A DNA stretch of 64,000 nucleotides from Patescibacteria group bacterium (GCA_041651355.1 JBAZJK010000001.1:357883-421882); one strand, 5' to 3'. Shown: positions 33,642-43,960, counted from the stretch's first letter. A program made the numbers and translations. Notes: a model not told the origin generated them from the sequence alone.

Positions 33642-34568
33642 ATGAATAAAATTTTAGTTACGCCTAAAATTAATCCCGATTTAGATGGAGTAGCCTGCGC
33701 TTATGCGTATTCTAAATTGTTAAATAAGATTGATTCTGCTAATAAATACACGGCTGGAATTTATGGCAAGGCTCAAAATGAGGCTGTATTTTTACTAGAT
33801 AAGTTTAAGATCGGTGATGTCTTATTATTTAATCCAGTCGATATTAGTTTTGATAAATTTGTTATAGTTGATGCTAGCGATACAAAGGGCATGCCGGAAA
33901 TTATAAGACCTCAAGATGTTAAAGAAGTCGTTGACCATCGAGAAATAAACAATGCTGGAGAAATTTTTCGCCAAGCCAAAATAAATATAGAATTATTGGG
34001 CGCAGCTGCTACACTGATTTTTGAGAAATTTCAAGAAGTTAGAGAAAGTATAGATTTTGATTCGGCGTTATTACTATATGGAGCGATTTTTTCTAATACC
34101 TTAAACCTACAGACTAATGTAGACAGCAGAGATTTGACAGCGATAACGGCTTTAGAAGAAATATTAAAGACCAGAATAAGTGAGCCAAGAGAGATTATTA
34201 ATGAAATGTTTGAATATAAGACTAAATATATAGAAGAAAATTTGGAAGAATGTATTAGAAATGATTTTAAACATTTTGACGACAGTCTCGGCATCGCCCA
34301 ATTAGAAGGTTTCGATATGCTTAAAGTTATCACGGAACATTATGATCAGATTAAAAATATATTAGACTCTCTTAAAAATGAGTCCAAATTGGAAAGGATA
34401 TTTCTAACGGCGGCGGATATAAAGAATGGGCATAATATTTTTTTGGCTATTGGCGATGAAATGGCTAAAATATTAAGCAATAAAATGAATATCGAATTTG
34501 ATACTAAGGGGATGGCAAAAAGTGGTAAGCTATATTTGAGAAAGCAAATATTGCCAATGATTAAATAA
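33642..34568 (+). CDS. DHH/DHHA2-family phosphoesterase (family II pyrophosphatase-like)
   Basis: Motifs are NPDLDGVACAYAY, IVDASD and VVDHRE, at about 308 aa. Confidence 0.55.
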   Translation: MNKILVTPKINPDLDGVACAYAYSKLLNKIDSANKYTAGIYGKAQNEAVFLLDKFKIGDVLLFNPVDISFDKFVIVDASDTKGMPEIIRPQDVKEVVDHREINNAGEIFRQAKINIELLGAAATLIFEKFQEVRESIDFDSALLLYGAIFSNTLNLQTNVDSRDLTAITALEEILKTRISEPREIINEMFEYKTKYIEENLEECIRNDFKHFDDSLGIAQLEGFDMLKVITEHYDQIKNILDSLKNESKLERIFLTAADIKNGHNIFLAIGDEMAKILSNKMNIEFDTKGMAKSGKLYLRKQILPMIK

Positions 34569-34638
34569 TTTAGCTAATATTAAATACGGTATAAATTATC
34601 TTATCAATTTTTATATCTTTAGATATAATAAGGCCTAT

Positions 34639-35217
34639 ATGACTAAATATATATTGCATGGTGGAGAAACCGGTATTCCTAATGAGCATAACGCTGCCTT
34701 TTACCAAGAATGGATAAAGGGTTTTCCGGCCGATTTTAAACCATCCATTCTTCTGGTGTATTTTTCCCGCCCAGAAGAGGAATGGCAAGGATTGGAAAAT
34801 AGTGATAAAGAAAGGTTCTCGCGCTATAACCAGGATAGGGAAGCAAATTTTTCTGTCGCCAGCCAGGACCTTTTTAGATTCCTGGAGCAAATCAAATCTT
34901 CTGATGTGGTCTATGTCCGCGGCGGCTCTACTGAAAAACTCCTTGAAACGATTCTGCCCATTAAAGACCGCTTGCTCAGTGCTTGGGATAATAAGGTATA
35001 TGCTGGTTCTTCGGCTGGTGTTATGGCCATCAGTCATTTAACGAGAAGCAATATAGGCCCTTGGCGTCATGGCCTAGGTCTTATCCCTTTAAACAGTTTC
35101 GTCCACTATGGATCAGAGTTTAGACTAGACCTGGAAGCCTGCCAAAACGACCATCCTGAAAATAGTCTCGAATATCTCCTCTTACCGGAAACAGAGTTTG
35201 TGGTCAGGGAATATTAA
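34639..35217 (+). CDS. Peptidase S51 (dipeptidase E)-like protein
   Basis: Motifs are VVYVRGGSTEKLL and VYAGSSAGVMAIS. The antisense ORFs 34570-35037 and 34802-35041 are rejected. Confidence 0.6.
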   Translation: MTKYILHGGETGIPNEHNAAFYQEWIKGFPADFKPSILLVYFSRPEEEWQGLENSDKERFSRYNQDREANFSVASQDLFRFLEQIKSSDVVYVRGGSTEKLLETILPIKDRLLSAWDNKVYAGSSAGVMAISHLTRSNIGPWRHGLGLIPLNSFVHYGSEFRLDLEACQNDHPENSLEYLLLPETEFVVREY

Positions 35218-35300
35218 TATTAATAAATATTGACAAAAAATCATACTTATAGTATTATTTTTTGATAGTTAAAATTGCATTATTGAACTTTTAAAACTTA

Positions 35301-35825
35301 ATGATCATGAGCATAGTAGAATTTTTCAAGAATAATTTTGAATATTTTTGGGATAGCTATTGTTTAAGTAACAAGGTCGGATATAAAAAGTTAGGGCCAG
35401 AAGAATCTGGCGCTAGCGTAAACTTTTTTATATTTTGGGCTCAAAATTCTGAGAATACTGTTAGAGTGATGATTATATTTTATCTGCCGTCTAACAAGTT
35501 AACCCCCATTATTCTAGCAAACATAACTAAAGAAGTGGTAATAAGTAATAATATTATCAAAAAAATGCCAGTCAGATTAAAAAATATTCAGAAAAGAGTT
35601 GGCAATTTTTACTTTAGCGATCATGAAATGTCGAGCCTATTAAAAGATGATGGCTCGTTAGACGAGTTCGCCAGAAAAAAAATCTACTCTTTTGTTGATT
35701 CGGACTTTCAGAGAATTGTTTCGTCTTTAGTTTGTAAAGGTGGGCGAAATAATAAAATTAGAGGCCATTCTGTTTACGCCATTCCCAGCGGGTTATATGG
35801 TTTAGGGAAAAATAGAAAGCATTAG
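35301..35825 (+). CDS. Hypothetical protein (174 aa)
   Basis: ORF only. Confidence 0.4.
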   Translation: MIMSIVEFFKNNFEYFWDSYCLSNKVGYKKLGPEESGASVNFFIFWAQNSENTVRVMIIFYLPSNKLTPIILANITKEVVISNNIIKKMPVRLKNIQKRVGNFYFSDHEMSSLLKDDGSLDEFARKKIYSFVDSDFQRIVSSLVCKGGRNNKIRGHSVYAIPSGLYGLGKNRKH

Positions 35826-35872
35826 AAAAAATAAACTTTGACCAATAAAATAATTTAAATCCACAAGACATA

Positions 35873-36178
35873 ATGGAACAAAAGAAATACAGAATAGGGA
35901 ATACTGGAATGGAATTGGAAATCAGTGAAGACTATTTAGGCTGGAAGCCTGAAAGCGGAAACTGGGATGATTTATTCCTACGCTTCGTGAAAAACACGAA
36001 TATAACTATTATCAATCCCGGTAATAACGAAAGAAAGGATTTATTCCTGCACCATTTCATCATCAAAGACGCTTTGCCCCTGGAATTCTTATTAGAAAAA
36101 AGAGCTGAATATATGAATGTCTTTGCCATCGTTTCTAACGATGAAGTTACTAAGAAATTCATTATTCCCTTGTATTAG
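35873..36178 (+). CDS. Hypothetical protein (101 aa)
   Basis: The ORF is followed by the terminator at 36196-36227. Confidence 0.4.
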   Translation: MEQKKYRIGNTGMELEISEDYLGWKPESGNWDDLFLRFVKNTNITIINPGNNERKDLFLHHFIIKDALPLEFLLEKRAEYMNVFAIVSNDEVTKKFIIPLY

Positions 36179-36195
36179 CCATGAAAAAAACTAAC

Positions 36196-36227
36196 ACCCT
36201 GGAAACATTATAGTTCCAGGGTTTTTT
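36196..36227 (+). terminator. Intrinsic terminator
   Basis: The hairpin is ACCCTGGAAC-ATTATA-GTTCCAGGGT followed by T6. Confidence 0.7.
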
Positions 36228-36339
36228 ATAAGAAAAACCCTGTGGTTGACATAGGTCTATATCCATACTAAAGTAAGATGATTATTTTAAATAGTCTGAT
36301 CCTTTAACAATCTTTATTAACTTTAAAGCGGAGGTTAGA

Positions 36340-36735
36340 ATGCCTAAGAAAGAAATCGTATTCACTTTTCCTGGCGACGATAAGTTGCCTTATTCCACTG
36401 TCGTCAAAATTGGCGATCATTATCATTTTTCCGGAGTCGTTCCTGAGGTTTCTGACGGCCGCCTGGCCAGCCCGGGCGACGTAGAAAGCCAAATCAACGA
36501 AGTTTTTAAGAAGATCAAACACAACCTGTCGCTTTGCGGTTTACGCCGGGAAGACGTTTACAGCGCCACTGTCATGCTTAGTGGCTCCATGCAACACTTT
36601 CCCCTCGTTAATAAGATCTATTCTGATTTCTTCAATGTCAGCATCAAGCCGCGACGCAAAGCCTTTGCCGTTGCCGCTTTGCCTTTCGGAGCGGAAATCG
36701 AGATTGAAATCGATGCCATTAAGCAGAGTAAATAA
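36340..36735 (+). CDS. ridA: RidA/YjgF-family enamine/imine deaminase
   Basis: Segments are PYSTVVKIGDHYHFSGVVP...VESQINEVFKKIK...RRKAFAVAALPFGAEIEIEIDAI. The RBS is GGAGG, with a TTGACA-N17-TAAAGT promoter at 36246-36274. Confidence 0.75.
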   Translation: MPKKEIVFTFPGDDKLPYSTVVKIGDHYHFSGVVPEVSDGRLASPGDVESQINEVFKKIKHNLSLCGLRREDVYSATVMLSGSMQHFPLVNKIYSDFFNVSIKPRRKAFAVAALPFGAEIEIEIDAIKQSK

Positions 36736-36801
36736 AAATTTTACGCTGCCAAAAAACGGGACCAAAGATCCCGTTTTATAATACTAGTTTTTAGGTTTTG
36801 A

Positions 36802-37698
36802 CTAATAACGCCGGCAAACTCCGGGAGCAATAGCTGTAATAACTTCTTCGGAAAAGTCTGTGTAGTTAACGAAATAATCTATCTGCGACAACAGATATTC
36901 TACTGGGCCGCCGCAATCTAAATAATGGCCGTCGGTGATAATCTTAGCTAATAAGCTGGTCTTTATCCGCATCTTGTTGATTACATCAATTAATCTCAGC
37001 TCTCCATTCTTATCAAGCTCTGTAGAGTCTAGGGCGGTAAAGATTTCTGGAGTGAGGATATAGGCGCCATGAGCAGCGTATTCTGAAGGCTCTTGGCCTA
37101 AAGCCGGCTTTTCAACTATTTGTTTAATGGTTTTGATTTCACTCTCTCCTGTAATATCTGATAATTCAGCCATGCCATAGCGTTGGCGTTTTTTAGGATC
37201 TTCGATCTTAACCGCGGAAATAACCGGTTGGCCGTATTTGTAATAGGCGTCTAGGCATTGGGCGACACGCGGTTTTGTCTTAGAGAAGATTATCTCATCC
37301 GACCAGGTTAGGACGAAGGGTTTGTCGCCAACCAGGTGCCTAACCGCACTCAAAGCGCCGCCGTTACCGCGCGGTTCATGGGTATAGACAAAATCGAAAG
37401 TTGCTAATTTTGATATATCCCTAAGCTCTTTGACCTTTTCATCCTGCTTAATCCTAAGAAAATAGTTTTCCAGTATTTCATTGGGGGCAAAGAAGCTTTC
37501 GATTGATTGTTTGTGATGCGAAACGACGAAAATAATATTTTCTATGCCGGAAGCGACTAGCTCCTCGACCACGTGTAGGATTATTGGCTTCTGTCCCAGC
37601 GGAAACATTTCTTTGGGGATGCTTTTGGTGGCCGGTAAAAAGCGGGTGCCCCAGCCGCCAGCTGGAACGACCGCGGTTGTGATTTTTGGGTATGTCAT
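36802..37698 (-). CDS. galU: UTP--glucose-1-phosphate uridylyltransferase
   Basis: The motif is AVVPAGGWGTRFLPATKSIPKEMFPL. Confidence 0.85.
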   Translation of the reverse strand: MTYPKITTAVVPAGGWGTRFLPATKSIPKEMFPLGQKPIILHVVEELVASGIENIIFVVSHHKQSIESFFAPNEILENYFLRIKQDEKVKELRDISKLATFDFVYTHEPRGNGGALSAVRHLVGDKPFVLTWSDEIIFSKTKPRVAQCLDAYYKYGQPVISAVKIEDPKKRQRYGMAELSDITGESEIKTIKQIVEKPALGQEPSEYAAHGAYILTPEIFTALDSTELDKNGELRLIDVINKMRIKTSLLAKIITDGHYLDCGGPVEYLLSQIDYFVNYTDFSEEVITAIAPGVCRRY

Positions 37699-37699
37699 A

Positions 37700-37906
37700 T
37701 TAAATTAATTTAAGCAGATCTCTCACAATACCAGTATGGCGGATCTCATCCTGCCTGATGCTTTCCAAGATTCTTCGTTGTCTTTTATCCTGGATTATCT
37801 CGATTAAGTCATTTATTTCTTTCTCCATATCGATTTCAATGGCATAGAGTTGTTTGAGATAGCTACGGTAGTCTTTATTACTAAACATATGATTATTTAT
37901 ATTCAT
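37700..37906 (-). CDS. Small ferritin-like half-domain protein (ExxH)
   Basis: The motif is ILESIRQDEIRHTGIVRDLL. It overlaps the upstream 81-aa gene. Confidence 0.4.
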   Translation of the reverse strand: MNINNHMFSNKDYRSYLKQLYAIEIDMEKEINDLIEIIQDKRQRRILESIRQDEIRHTGIVRDLLKLI

Positions 37907-38138
37907 TAGCGATCTTTTCGAATATCTTGGCGTGTCGCTGGGAATCTTTGGCTAGTATTCTGAGGCCAGCAATCACTTTTTTCTGCTTAGCCAAAGGTAG
38001 CCCCGACCAGAAAAAGGTCTGCTCGATATGGCTAGTATAGACCGGCACGGCCAGCTCTTCCTTGATCATTGCCTCTTTGATCTTGGTGGCAATCTCTTGG
38101 CGGCTGGCGGGAGTTTTAGTTGATGTTTTCTTCTTCAT
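37893..38138 (-). CDS. Small ferritin-like half-domain protein (ExxH-like)
   Basis: The motif is LRILAKDSQRHAKIFEKIANEY. Confidence 0.4.
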   Translation of the reverse strand: MKKKTSTKTPASRQEIATKIKEAMIKEELAVPVYTSHIEQTFFWSGLPLAKQKKVIAGLRILAKDSQRHAKIFEKIANEYK

Positions 38139-39660
38139 ATTTTTGTATTTTAGGGGCTTGGTTCAAGCGGTATATATGGGACAAGACGAAAGAATGATAG
38201 AGGCACCAAGCGATATTAACAGCGATAGCGTATCTATTGTCAGTGAAATTAGAGATGCCGATAATTATCGCTAATATATTAAGGAGAAGCATTAGGGTCC
38301 AAGGCCAGAGCTGCCAGTTAGCCAAGCGGCCGGTTCCGCTCTTATCCGTAATTTGGAATTTTACCGGCAGACCGAAGATGGCATAGAGACTGGCTTTAAT
38401 GGAAATAGGGAAGCTTAGGGAACTCATGATCATGCCGATAAAAATATCTTTAGCCTGGTAATGCCTCTTTTTCATTGTAGCATAAAAAGTCATGAGCGTA
38501 AGGAAGTAATAGGGCAGGAAGGAGCCGATATAGACATAGGGGTTAGAAAAATATGAAGGGAAGCCGAAGATAAGGTAGAGGATCGGACAGAGCATCATGA
38601 TTAGGAATGACCAGCCGGTGAAATAATAGGTAGCGGAGAGCAGATATTCCCAGGATTGGATCTTGGTAAAATGGATTTGGCTTTTTAGCCTAGCTTTAAT
38701 CAAACGCCTCAACACCCCGACTGTACCGGAAGCCCAGCGGAACTGCTGTTTCAGGTAGGCCGGCAGGGTGGCTGGGGCCATCCCGAAAACTCGGACATGG
38801 TTATAGTAGACGGAACGCAAGCCGAGGGAATGGATCATGACTGAAGTTGAAAAATCTTCCGTTACGGATTTTTCATCAAAACCGCCCACCTCTTTCAAGA
38901 CCGCCGTCCGCATCAAGAAGTTGGTGCCACAGCAGAACATGGCATTGGAAAGCCCCTTAGCTTCACAGATGCTTTCGAAGAAGATTGATTGTTGCAAGGT
39001 TGCGCCGCGAGCGATCGGGCTGGCGCTGTAGTTGGTATACAATTGAGGAGTTTGGACGAAGGCGATATTTTTAGAGTGTTCAGCGATGGCCACGGTTTCC
39101 TGTAGGAATTCGGCTAAAGGCGCTTGGTCAGCGTCAAAAACAGCCAAATATTCGCTTTTAACTAGCGGCAGATAGGCATTTATTATCTCTGCTTTGCTTT
39201 TAGGCGGCGTTTTAGTTTGGAAATACTCCAAGCCATATTTATGCGCTAGGGCCTGATTAGCCGCTTGATATTCCGAGTCAGAGCCGTCTAGGAAGACCTT
39301 TTGCTTATTAGCATAATTTAAGGCGGCTAGGGCGACGAAGGTCGGTTCTAAGACCGTGAGCGGCTCGTTGCGCGCCGCAATCAGAACGCTAACGCTCGGC
39401 AGATTATTAGGATCAAGCTGCACCCTCCGGTGGTAGTTGGCTCCTGGCTTCTTGAGACGGTTTAGACTGCTAATAAAGCCTAAGGAATGGATGATAGAAT
39501 GCAACTCGGCGCTAAACAGGAGTAGGGCAAAAAAGAAATTTAGGCCGCTATGGCTAGTGCCGATAAATAAAAAATAGGCCCTGGCGAGCAAATAGAAGCC
39601 CAAGCTCAAAGCCGCAATGTAACTTATATATTTCAGAAGCCTCTTGGATATTTTTGACAC
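38116..39660 (-). CDS. Processive family-2 glycosyltransferase, cellulose-synthase-like
   Basis: Motifs are VLIAARNEP, VFDADQAP, TEDFSTS and QQFRWASG (QxxRW), with multiple TM helices. Confidence 0.75.
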   Translation of the reverse strand: MSKISKRLLKYISYIAALSLGFYLLARAYFLFIGTSHSGLNFFFALLLFSAELHSIIHSLGFISSLNRLKKPGANYHRRVQLDPNNLPSVSVLIAARNEPLTVLEPTFVALAALNYANKQKVFLDGSDSEYQAANQALAHKYGLEYFQTKTPPKSKAEIINAYLPLVKSEYLAVFDADQAPLAEFLQETVAIAEHSKNIAFVQTPQLYTNYSASPIARGATLQQSIFFESICEAKGLSNAMFCCGTNFLMRTAVLKEVGGFDEKSVTEDFSTSVMIHSLGLRSVYYNHVRVFGMAPATLPAYLKQQFRWASGTVGVLRRLIKARLKSQIHFTKIQSWEYLLSATYYFTGWSFLIMMLCPILYLIFGFPSYFSNPYVYIGSFLPYYFLTLMTFYATMKKRHYQAKDIFIGMIMSSLSFPISIKASLYAIFGLPVKFQITDKSGTGRLANWQLWPWTLMLLLNILAIIIGISNFTDNRYAIAVNIAWCLYHSFVLSHIYRLNQAPKIQKYEEENIN

Positions 39661-39735
39661 GGGATTTTATTTTTTATCATTATAGCATGCTTCTCGTCTC
39701 TTCTACAAAAAACCGGCCTTGTAGGCCGATAATTC

Positions 39736-40101
39736 TTAACTAAGCTTGTCTTTTATCTCCTTTTTTAGTTCGCCGGTAATCATGAGGGCTTTATCATATT
39801 CGCCTCGGCGAGCCGCCGCCCTAGCTGTAATGAAATTTTGGAAATAAGCCTCGTCGATAATGTTGTTTAGTTTGTTATTATAACCCATGATCTTTTGCCA
39901 AGATCGGTAATCGCCGTTTTCAAAGCTGTCTAGTATCTTTTTCCGCCTCTCGCTGGAATAGCTGGTATTTTCTTGATTAGGCAGATTAATATCCGAATCG
40001 AAATTATCATTCAGGAGGGAAAGGTCGACGCTATTTATTCCGCTGCTTAAGATGATAGTTAGAAGGGCGATATTGATGGCGGCTTTTTTATATATATTCA
40101 T
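39736..40101 (-). CDS. Secreted hypothetical protein
   Basis: From the ATG at 40101 the signal peptide is MNIYKKAAINIALLTIILSSG. The track ORF extends to 40173. Confidence 0.45.
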   Translation of the reverse strand: MNIYKKAAINIALLTIILSSGINSVDLSLLNDNFDSDINLPNQENTSYSSERRKKILDSFENGDYRSWQKIMGYNNKLNNIIDEAYFQNFITARAAARRGEYDKALMITGELKKEIKDKLS

Positions 40102-40231
40102 ATGTTTGGTTTTTTGAATGTTTGTGTATATTACTACGCAGTTAGTGCCTGGTTTATTTATATGTATTGACAAAATATGATTTATGTTATATAGTAGGAT
40201 TTCAGAACATTAATAATCAAAACCATATAGA

Positions 40232-40756
40232 ATGAAAACACAGCCCATTATTAGGCAGCCTGGATCAATCAAGTATTGGTCGATAATTTTTAAATCATTA
40301 TTGTTCACCGGCTTGAGCTTGTTGCTCTGGAATTACTTTTTTCTCGATAATTTTACGATGTCTCCGGAAAATTCCGAAGTGATGAGCGCCGTCGTGGCCG
40401 GCTTCCTGGTCTTTTCCGCCTTGCTTCCAACCTTTACGGTTTCCCGCTTATCCCAACAATTCGATGATCTTAAGTCAGCTATTATCGACGACGACTTCAA
40501 AGCTTTTAAGAAGATATATAAGCGGACCGTCCACCCCCTGACTTATTTGGCGATAATCGTGGTTTCTCTATTAGCTATCGCATCTTTAATGATGCTGCCT
40601 TACGCTAAATTCTGCGTCGGCCTATTTTCGGTCGGTGGCCTCAGCTTCGTCCATTGTTTTTTCTTCTATATCGCCAAGGAACTAGATAACCCTAATATTT
40701 TGGATTTAAAGATTCCTTTAAAATGGCAATTAGATTTGGCAGAAGACAATGCCTAA
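40232..40756 (+). CDS. Membrane protein (4 TM)
   Basis: The hydrophobic profile of the 174-aa ORF. Confidence 0.45.
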   Translation: MKTQPIIRQPGSIKYWSIIFKSLLFTGLSLLLWNYFFLDNFTMSPENSEVMSAVVAGFLVFSALLPTFTVSRLSQQFDDLKSAIIDDDFKAFKKIYKRTVHPLTYLAIIVVSLLAIASLMMLPYAKFCVGLFSVGGLSFVHCFFFYIAKELDNPNILDLKIPLKWQLDLAEDNA

Positions 40757-40909
40757 GGACTTTAGGAGAGAAAAAAACTCTCCTTTTTTGTTAATTTATT
40801 TTAATATAAGCATAATTTTTACTTTAGAGATTAAACTATTAAACCCTTGACAAAATTATATTTTATGTTAATATAGCAAATTAAGCTGTTTAACAATATT
40901 TATCAACCT

Positions 40910-41218
40910 ATGGAAAAGAGAAAAGCTAAGCTGGTCATTTGCCACCATGTTTCTGATTTCCGGGCCCTTAAGGAAATCGAGGGCTCTAATGGCCGGTATA
41001 TTCCTGCCCATACCGAAAGTACCAAAAACGTTTTCATCACCCAGGCTTCTTCTTCCTTATTAAAAAAGGAACTCGCCGCTATCGGCATCATCATCGACGA
41101 TTGGCCCAGCGTGGACCGAGTGGCTGAGAAGTTCGCCAAAGAATTATGCTGTCGTCGTGACGGCAAATTAGCCCTTGACCAAGATTTTGGTCTTGGACTC
41201 TGTGAAATTTTGGAGTAA
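40910..41218 (+). CDS. Hypothetical protein (102 aa)
   Basis: It is followed by the terminator at 41236-41262. The antisense ORF 40903-41166 is rejected. Confidence 0.4.
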   Translation: MEKRKAKLVICHHVSDFRALKEIEGSNGRYIPAHTESTKNVFITQASSSLLKKELAAIGIIIDDWPSVDRVAEKFAKELCCRRDGKLALDQDFGLGLCEILE

Positions 41219-41235
41219 ATACTCCTATCTAACCT

Positions 41236-41262
41236 AAAACCGCCAGAAAAAGGCGGTTTTTC
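41236..41262 (+). terminator. Intrinsic terminator
   Basis: The hairpin is AACCGCC-AGAAAAA-GGCGGTT followed by a T-run. Confidence 0.7.
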
Positions 41263-41329
41263 TATTTATATAATTGTCACCTGTTTCCTAATTTAGTATA
41301 ATATAACCGAAATCTAATGAAATATATTT

Positions 41330-43870
41330 ATGAATCTATTCTTGCCCGATAATCTCCGCGGTCTGTCTAGCCAGGAGGCGTCCAAGAGGCTTGAGTCCGA
41401 GGGCTATAATGAATTGCCAACGGAAAAAAAGCGTCGGCTTTTGATGATTATCGGCGATATCTTGAAGGAACCGATGATCCTTCTACTTCTGGCCTGCGTG
41501 ACTATCTATTTAATCTCCGGAGACAAGAAAGAATCGCTGGTTTTAGCCTTTTCCATATTTATCATCATCTTCATTACTATTTATCAGGAAAATAAGACGG
41601 AAAAAGCCTTATCCGCTTTAAAATCTCTAGCCAGTCCTAGAGCCCTAGTTTGGCGTGATGGTTCTTATCTGCAGATTGCCGGGCGGGAAGTAGTCCGGGG
41701 TGATCTGATCTTTTTAAAAGAAGGGGATCGGGTGCCAGCCGATGGCGTCTTACTCTGGAACCAAGGCCTTATGGTCGACGAATCTCTCCTGACCGGCGAG
41801 TCGGTGCCGGTCCATAAGACTTTAGGTAAGAAAGATTTGAAGATGCTTGAGCCTCAGGGAGAAAACAGCCCCTTCGTATATTCCGGCACCATGGTCGTTT
41901 CCGGGCAAGCCTTATTTACAGTCAAGGCAATCGGGCGGCAGACGGAAATGGGTCGGATCGGCAAGATATTAGATGAAGTGGAGAGGGAAAATACTCCCTT
42001 GCAAAACGATTTACATCATCTGGTTAGATATGTTTTGGTGGTAGCGATTATTTTATGCTTGGCGGTTATCGGTTTGAATTTTTTGGCTGGTCGCGGATTT
42101 TTGCCGAGTTTCCTATCCGGTTTGACGCTAGCGATGTCTATTCTGCCTGAAGAATTCCCAGTGGTTTTAGCTATCTTCCTATCGATCGGCGCTTGGCACC
42201 TGTCACATCATCAGATTTTAGTCCGGAAGCTAAGCATGGTCGAAAGCTTGGGGGCAGTAACTATGCTCTGCGTTGATAAGACGGGGACTATCACCATGAA
42301 TCAGATGAAATTAGAATCCGTTTTCTTGTCATCCGCCGATAAGATGATAGACCTGTCAAAAGACCGAGCTGATCTCCCAGCTTTGGCTGAATCAGAAGCT
42401 TTCCGCTTAATCATAAAAGCTGGATCCTTATCAAGCCGGCGAGATACTTTTGATCCTTTAGAGAAGGCTATCAAATTAGTCCGACGACAGCTTTTCCATG
42501 AAGATATCTATAAAGGCCTGGAATTGAAGCAAGACTTTCCTTTATCCAGTGATTTCTTGGTTATGACTAATCTCTGGCAGGAAAAAGGCAACTTAAGCGC
42601 TTATGCTAAGGGCGCGCCGGAAGATATATTCAAATTAAGCCATTTAAAAGAAGAAGAGCTGAAGAGTTATCAGTTAATAATTAAAAAAATGGCCCGTTCG
42701 GGGCTTCGGGTCTTGGGCGTAGCCCACGCTAAAGAAGCTCAAAATAATGGCGGAATCCATGATTTTAAGTGGCAATTTTTGGGGTTATTCGGTTTTATGG
42801 ACCCGGTCCGGCCGACCGTAGCAGAAGCGATCAAGGAATGCTATCGAGCCGGTATCCAGGTGAAGATGATTACTGGCGATTACCCGGAAACGGCGAGAAC
42901 GATTGCCGGACAGATCGGCCTAGCTAATTACAAAACGGTTTTGAGCGGGGAAGACTTCGCCCAACTTAATGACAAGGCCTTAGCCAGGAAAATCAATGAA
43001 AGCAATGTCTTTGCCCGGATGATGCCGGAACATAAACTTAAGATAATCGATGCCTTGCAGGCCGCCGGACATATCGTCGCCATGACCGGCGATGGCGTCA
43101 ATGACGGCCCAGCTCTTAAATCAGCTGATATTGGCGTCTCGATGGGTGCCCGTGGGACCGATGTCGCTCGGGAGGCTAGTGGAATAGTTCTACTGGATGA
43201 TCATTTTTCTTCTTTAGTCAGCGGAGTCAAGGAGGGGCGGAGAATATTTGATAATTTGCAGCGAGCTATCGTCTATTCAGTGGCCATTCATTTACCGATT
43301 GCCATCTTAGCGCTAGTGCCGATCATTTTGGGCTGGCCTTTACTGTTCTTTCCAGTCCATATCATGTTTTTGGAATTAATCATCGATCCGGTCTGCTCCC
43401 TGGTTTTTGAGGCCGAGAAGCCAGCCGACAGTTTAATGTCCCGCCCGCCCAGGGATTCTCACCGTTCCTTGTTAAATCGGGGCAATCTTTTGATATCCTT
43501 CGTCCAAGGTTTCAGCATAGCCCTGATCGTCCTCTTGGTTTATTATTTCACTATCCGTTTGTCTTGGGGCGCTAGCGAAACCAGGGCGGCCGCTTTTTCG
43601 GCCCTCATCTTTGCCAATATATTTTTAATCCTCGTTAACCGCTCCTGGTCAGAAAGCTTATTAACGACCTTATTCAACAAGAATCGTTTCTTGTGGCCAA
43701 TCATCTCTTTGGCCCTTATTTGCTTGTTTTTAGCGGTCTATCGTCCTTCGGTCGCTTCGATTTTTTCCTTTGAGCCTTTCGGCTTCAGCCATTGGACCTG
43801 GATTGCGTCTTTGGCACTTGTGCCCGCTCTCATCTTTGAGATATTTAAGTTTTTTAAGAGAAAATTATAA
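41330..43870 (+). CDS. P-type cation-transporting ATPase (type II, Ca2+-ATPase-like)
   Basis: Motifs are LTGESVPV (TGES), CVDKTGTITMN (DKTGT), MITGD, TGDGVNDGPALK and ILPEEFP. Confidence 0.85.
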   Translation: MNLFLPDNLRGLSSQEASKRLESEGYNELPTEKKRRLLMIIGDILKEPMILLLLACVTIYLISGDKKESLVLAFSIFIIIFITIYQENKTEKALSALKSLASPRALVWRDGSYLQIAGREVVRGDLIFLKEGDRVPADGVLLWNQGLMVDESLLTGESVPVHKTLGKKDLKMLEPQGENSPFVYSGTMVVSGQALFTVKAIGRQTEMGRIGKILDEVERENTPLQNDLHHLVRYVLVVAIILCLAVIGLNFLAGRGFLPSFLSGLTLAMSILPEEFPVVLAIFLSIGAWHLSHHQILVRKLSMVESLGAVTMLCVDKTGTITMNQMKLESVFLSSADKMIDLSKDRADLPALAESEAFRLIIKAGSLSSRRDTFDPLEKAIKLVRRQLFHEDIYKGLELKQDFPLSSDFLVMTNLWQEKGNLSAYAKGAPEDIFKLSHLKEEELKSYQLIIKKMARSGLRVLGVAHAKEAQNNGGIHDFKWQFLGLFGFMDPVRPTVAEAIKECYRAGIQVKMITGDYPETARTIAGQIGLANYKTVLSGEDFAQLNDKALARKINESNVFARMMPEHKLKIIDALQAAGHIVAMTGDGVNDGPALKSADIGVSMGARGTDVAREASGIVLLDDHFSSLVSGVKEGRRIFDNLQRAIVYSVAIHLPIAILALVPIILGWPLLFFPVHIMFLELIIDPVCSLVFEAEKPADSLMSRPPRDSHRSLLNRGNLLISFVQGFSIALIVLLVYYFTIRLSWGASETRAAAFSALIFANIFLILVNRSWSESLLTTLFNKNRFLWPIISLALICLFLAVYRPSVASIFSFEPFGFSHWTWIASLALVPALIFEIFKFFKRKL

Positions 43871-43960
43871 TATTTTGCTTAATTTTACTTAAACTTGCCT
43901 AAATCAATTAATTATTGTAAGATAAGAACCTGTATTATTAAACAAATAGGAGGGGAAAAA

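Noticed and set aside
34570-35041. ORFs 34570-35037 (minus) and 34802-35041 (plus)
   Set aside because: They overlap the peptidase S51-like gene (34639-35217), which has GGSTEKLL and GSSAGV motifs. They have none.
36304-36781. ORFs 36304-36522, 36541-36765 and 36581-36781
   Set aside because: They overlap the RidA gene, which has a clear family signature, an RBS and a promoter.
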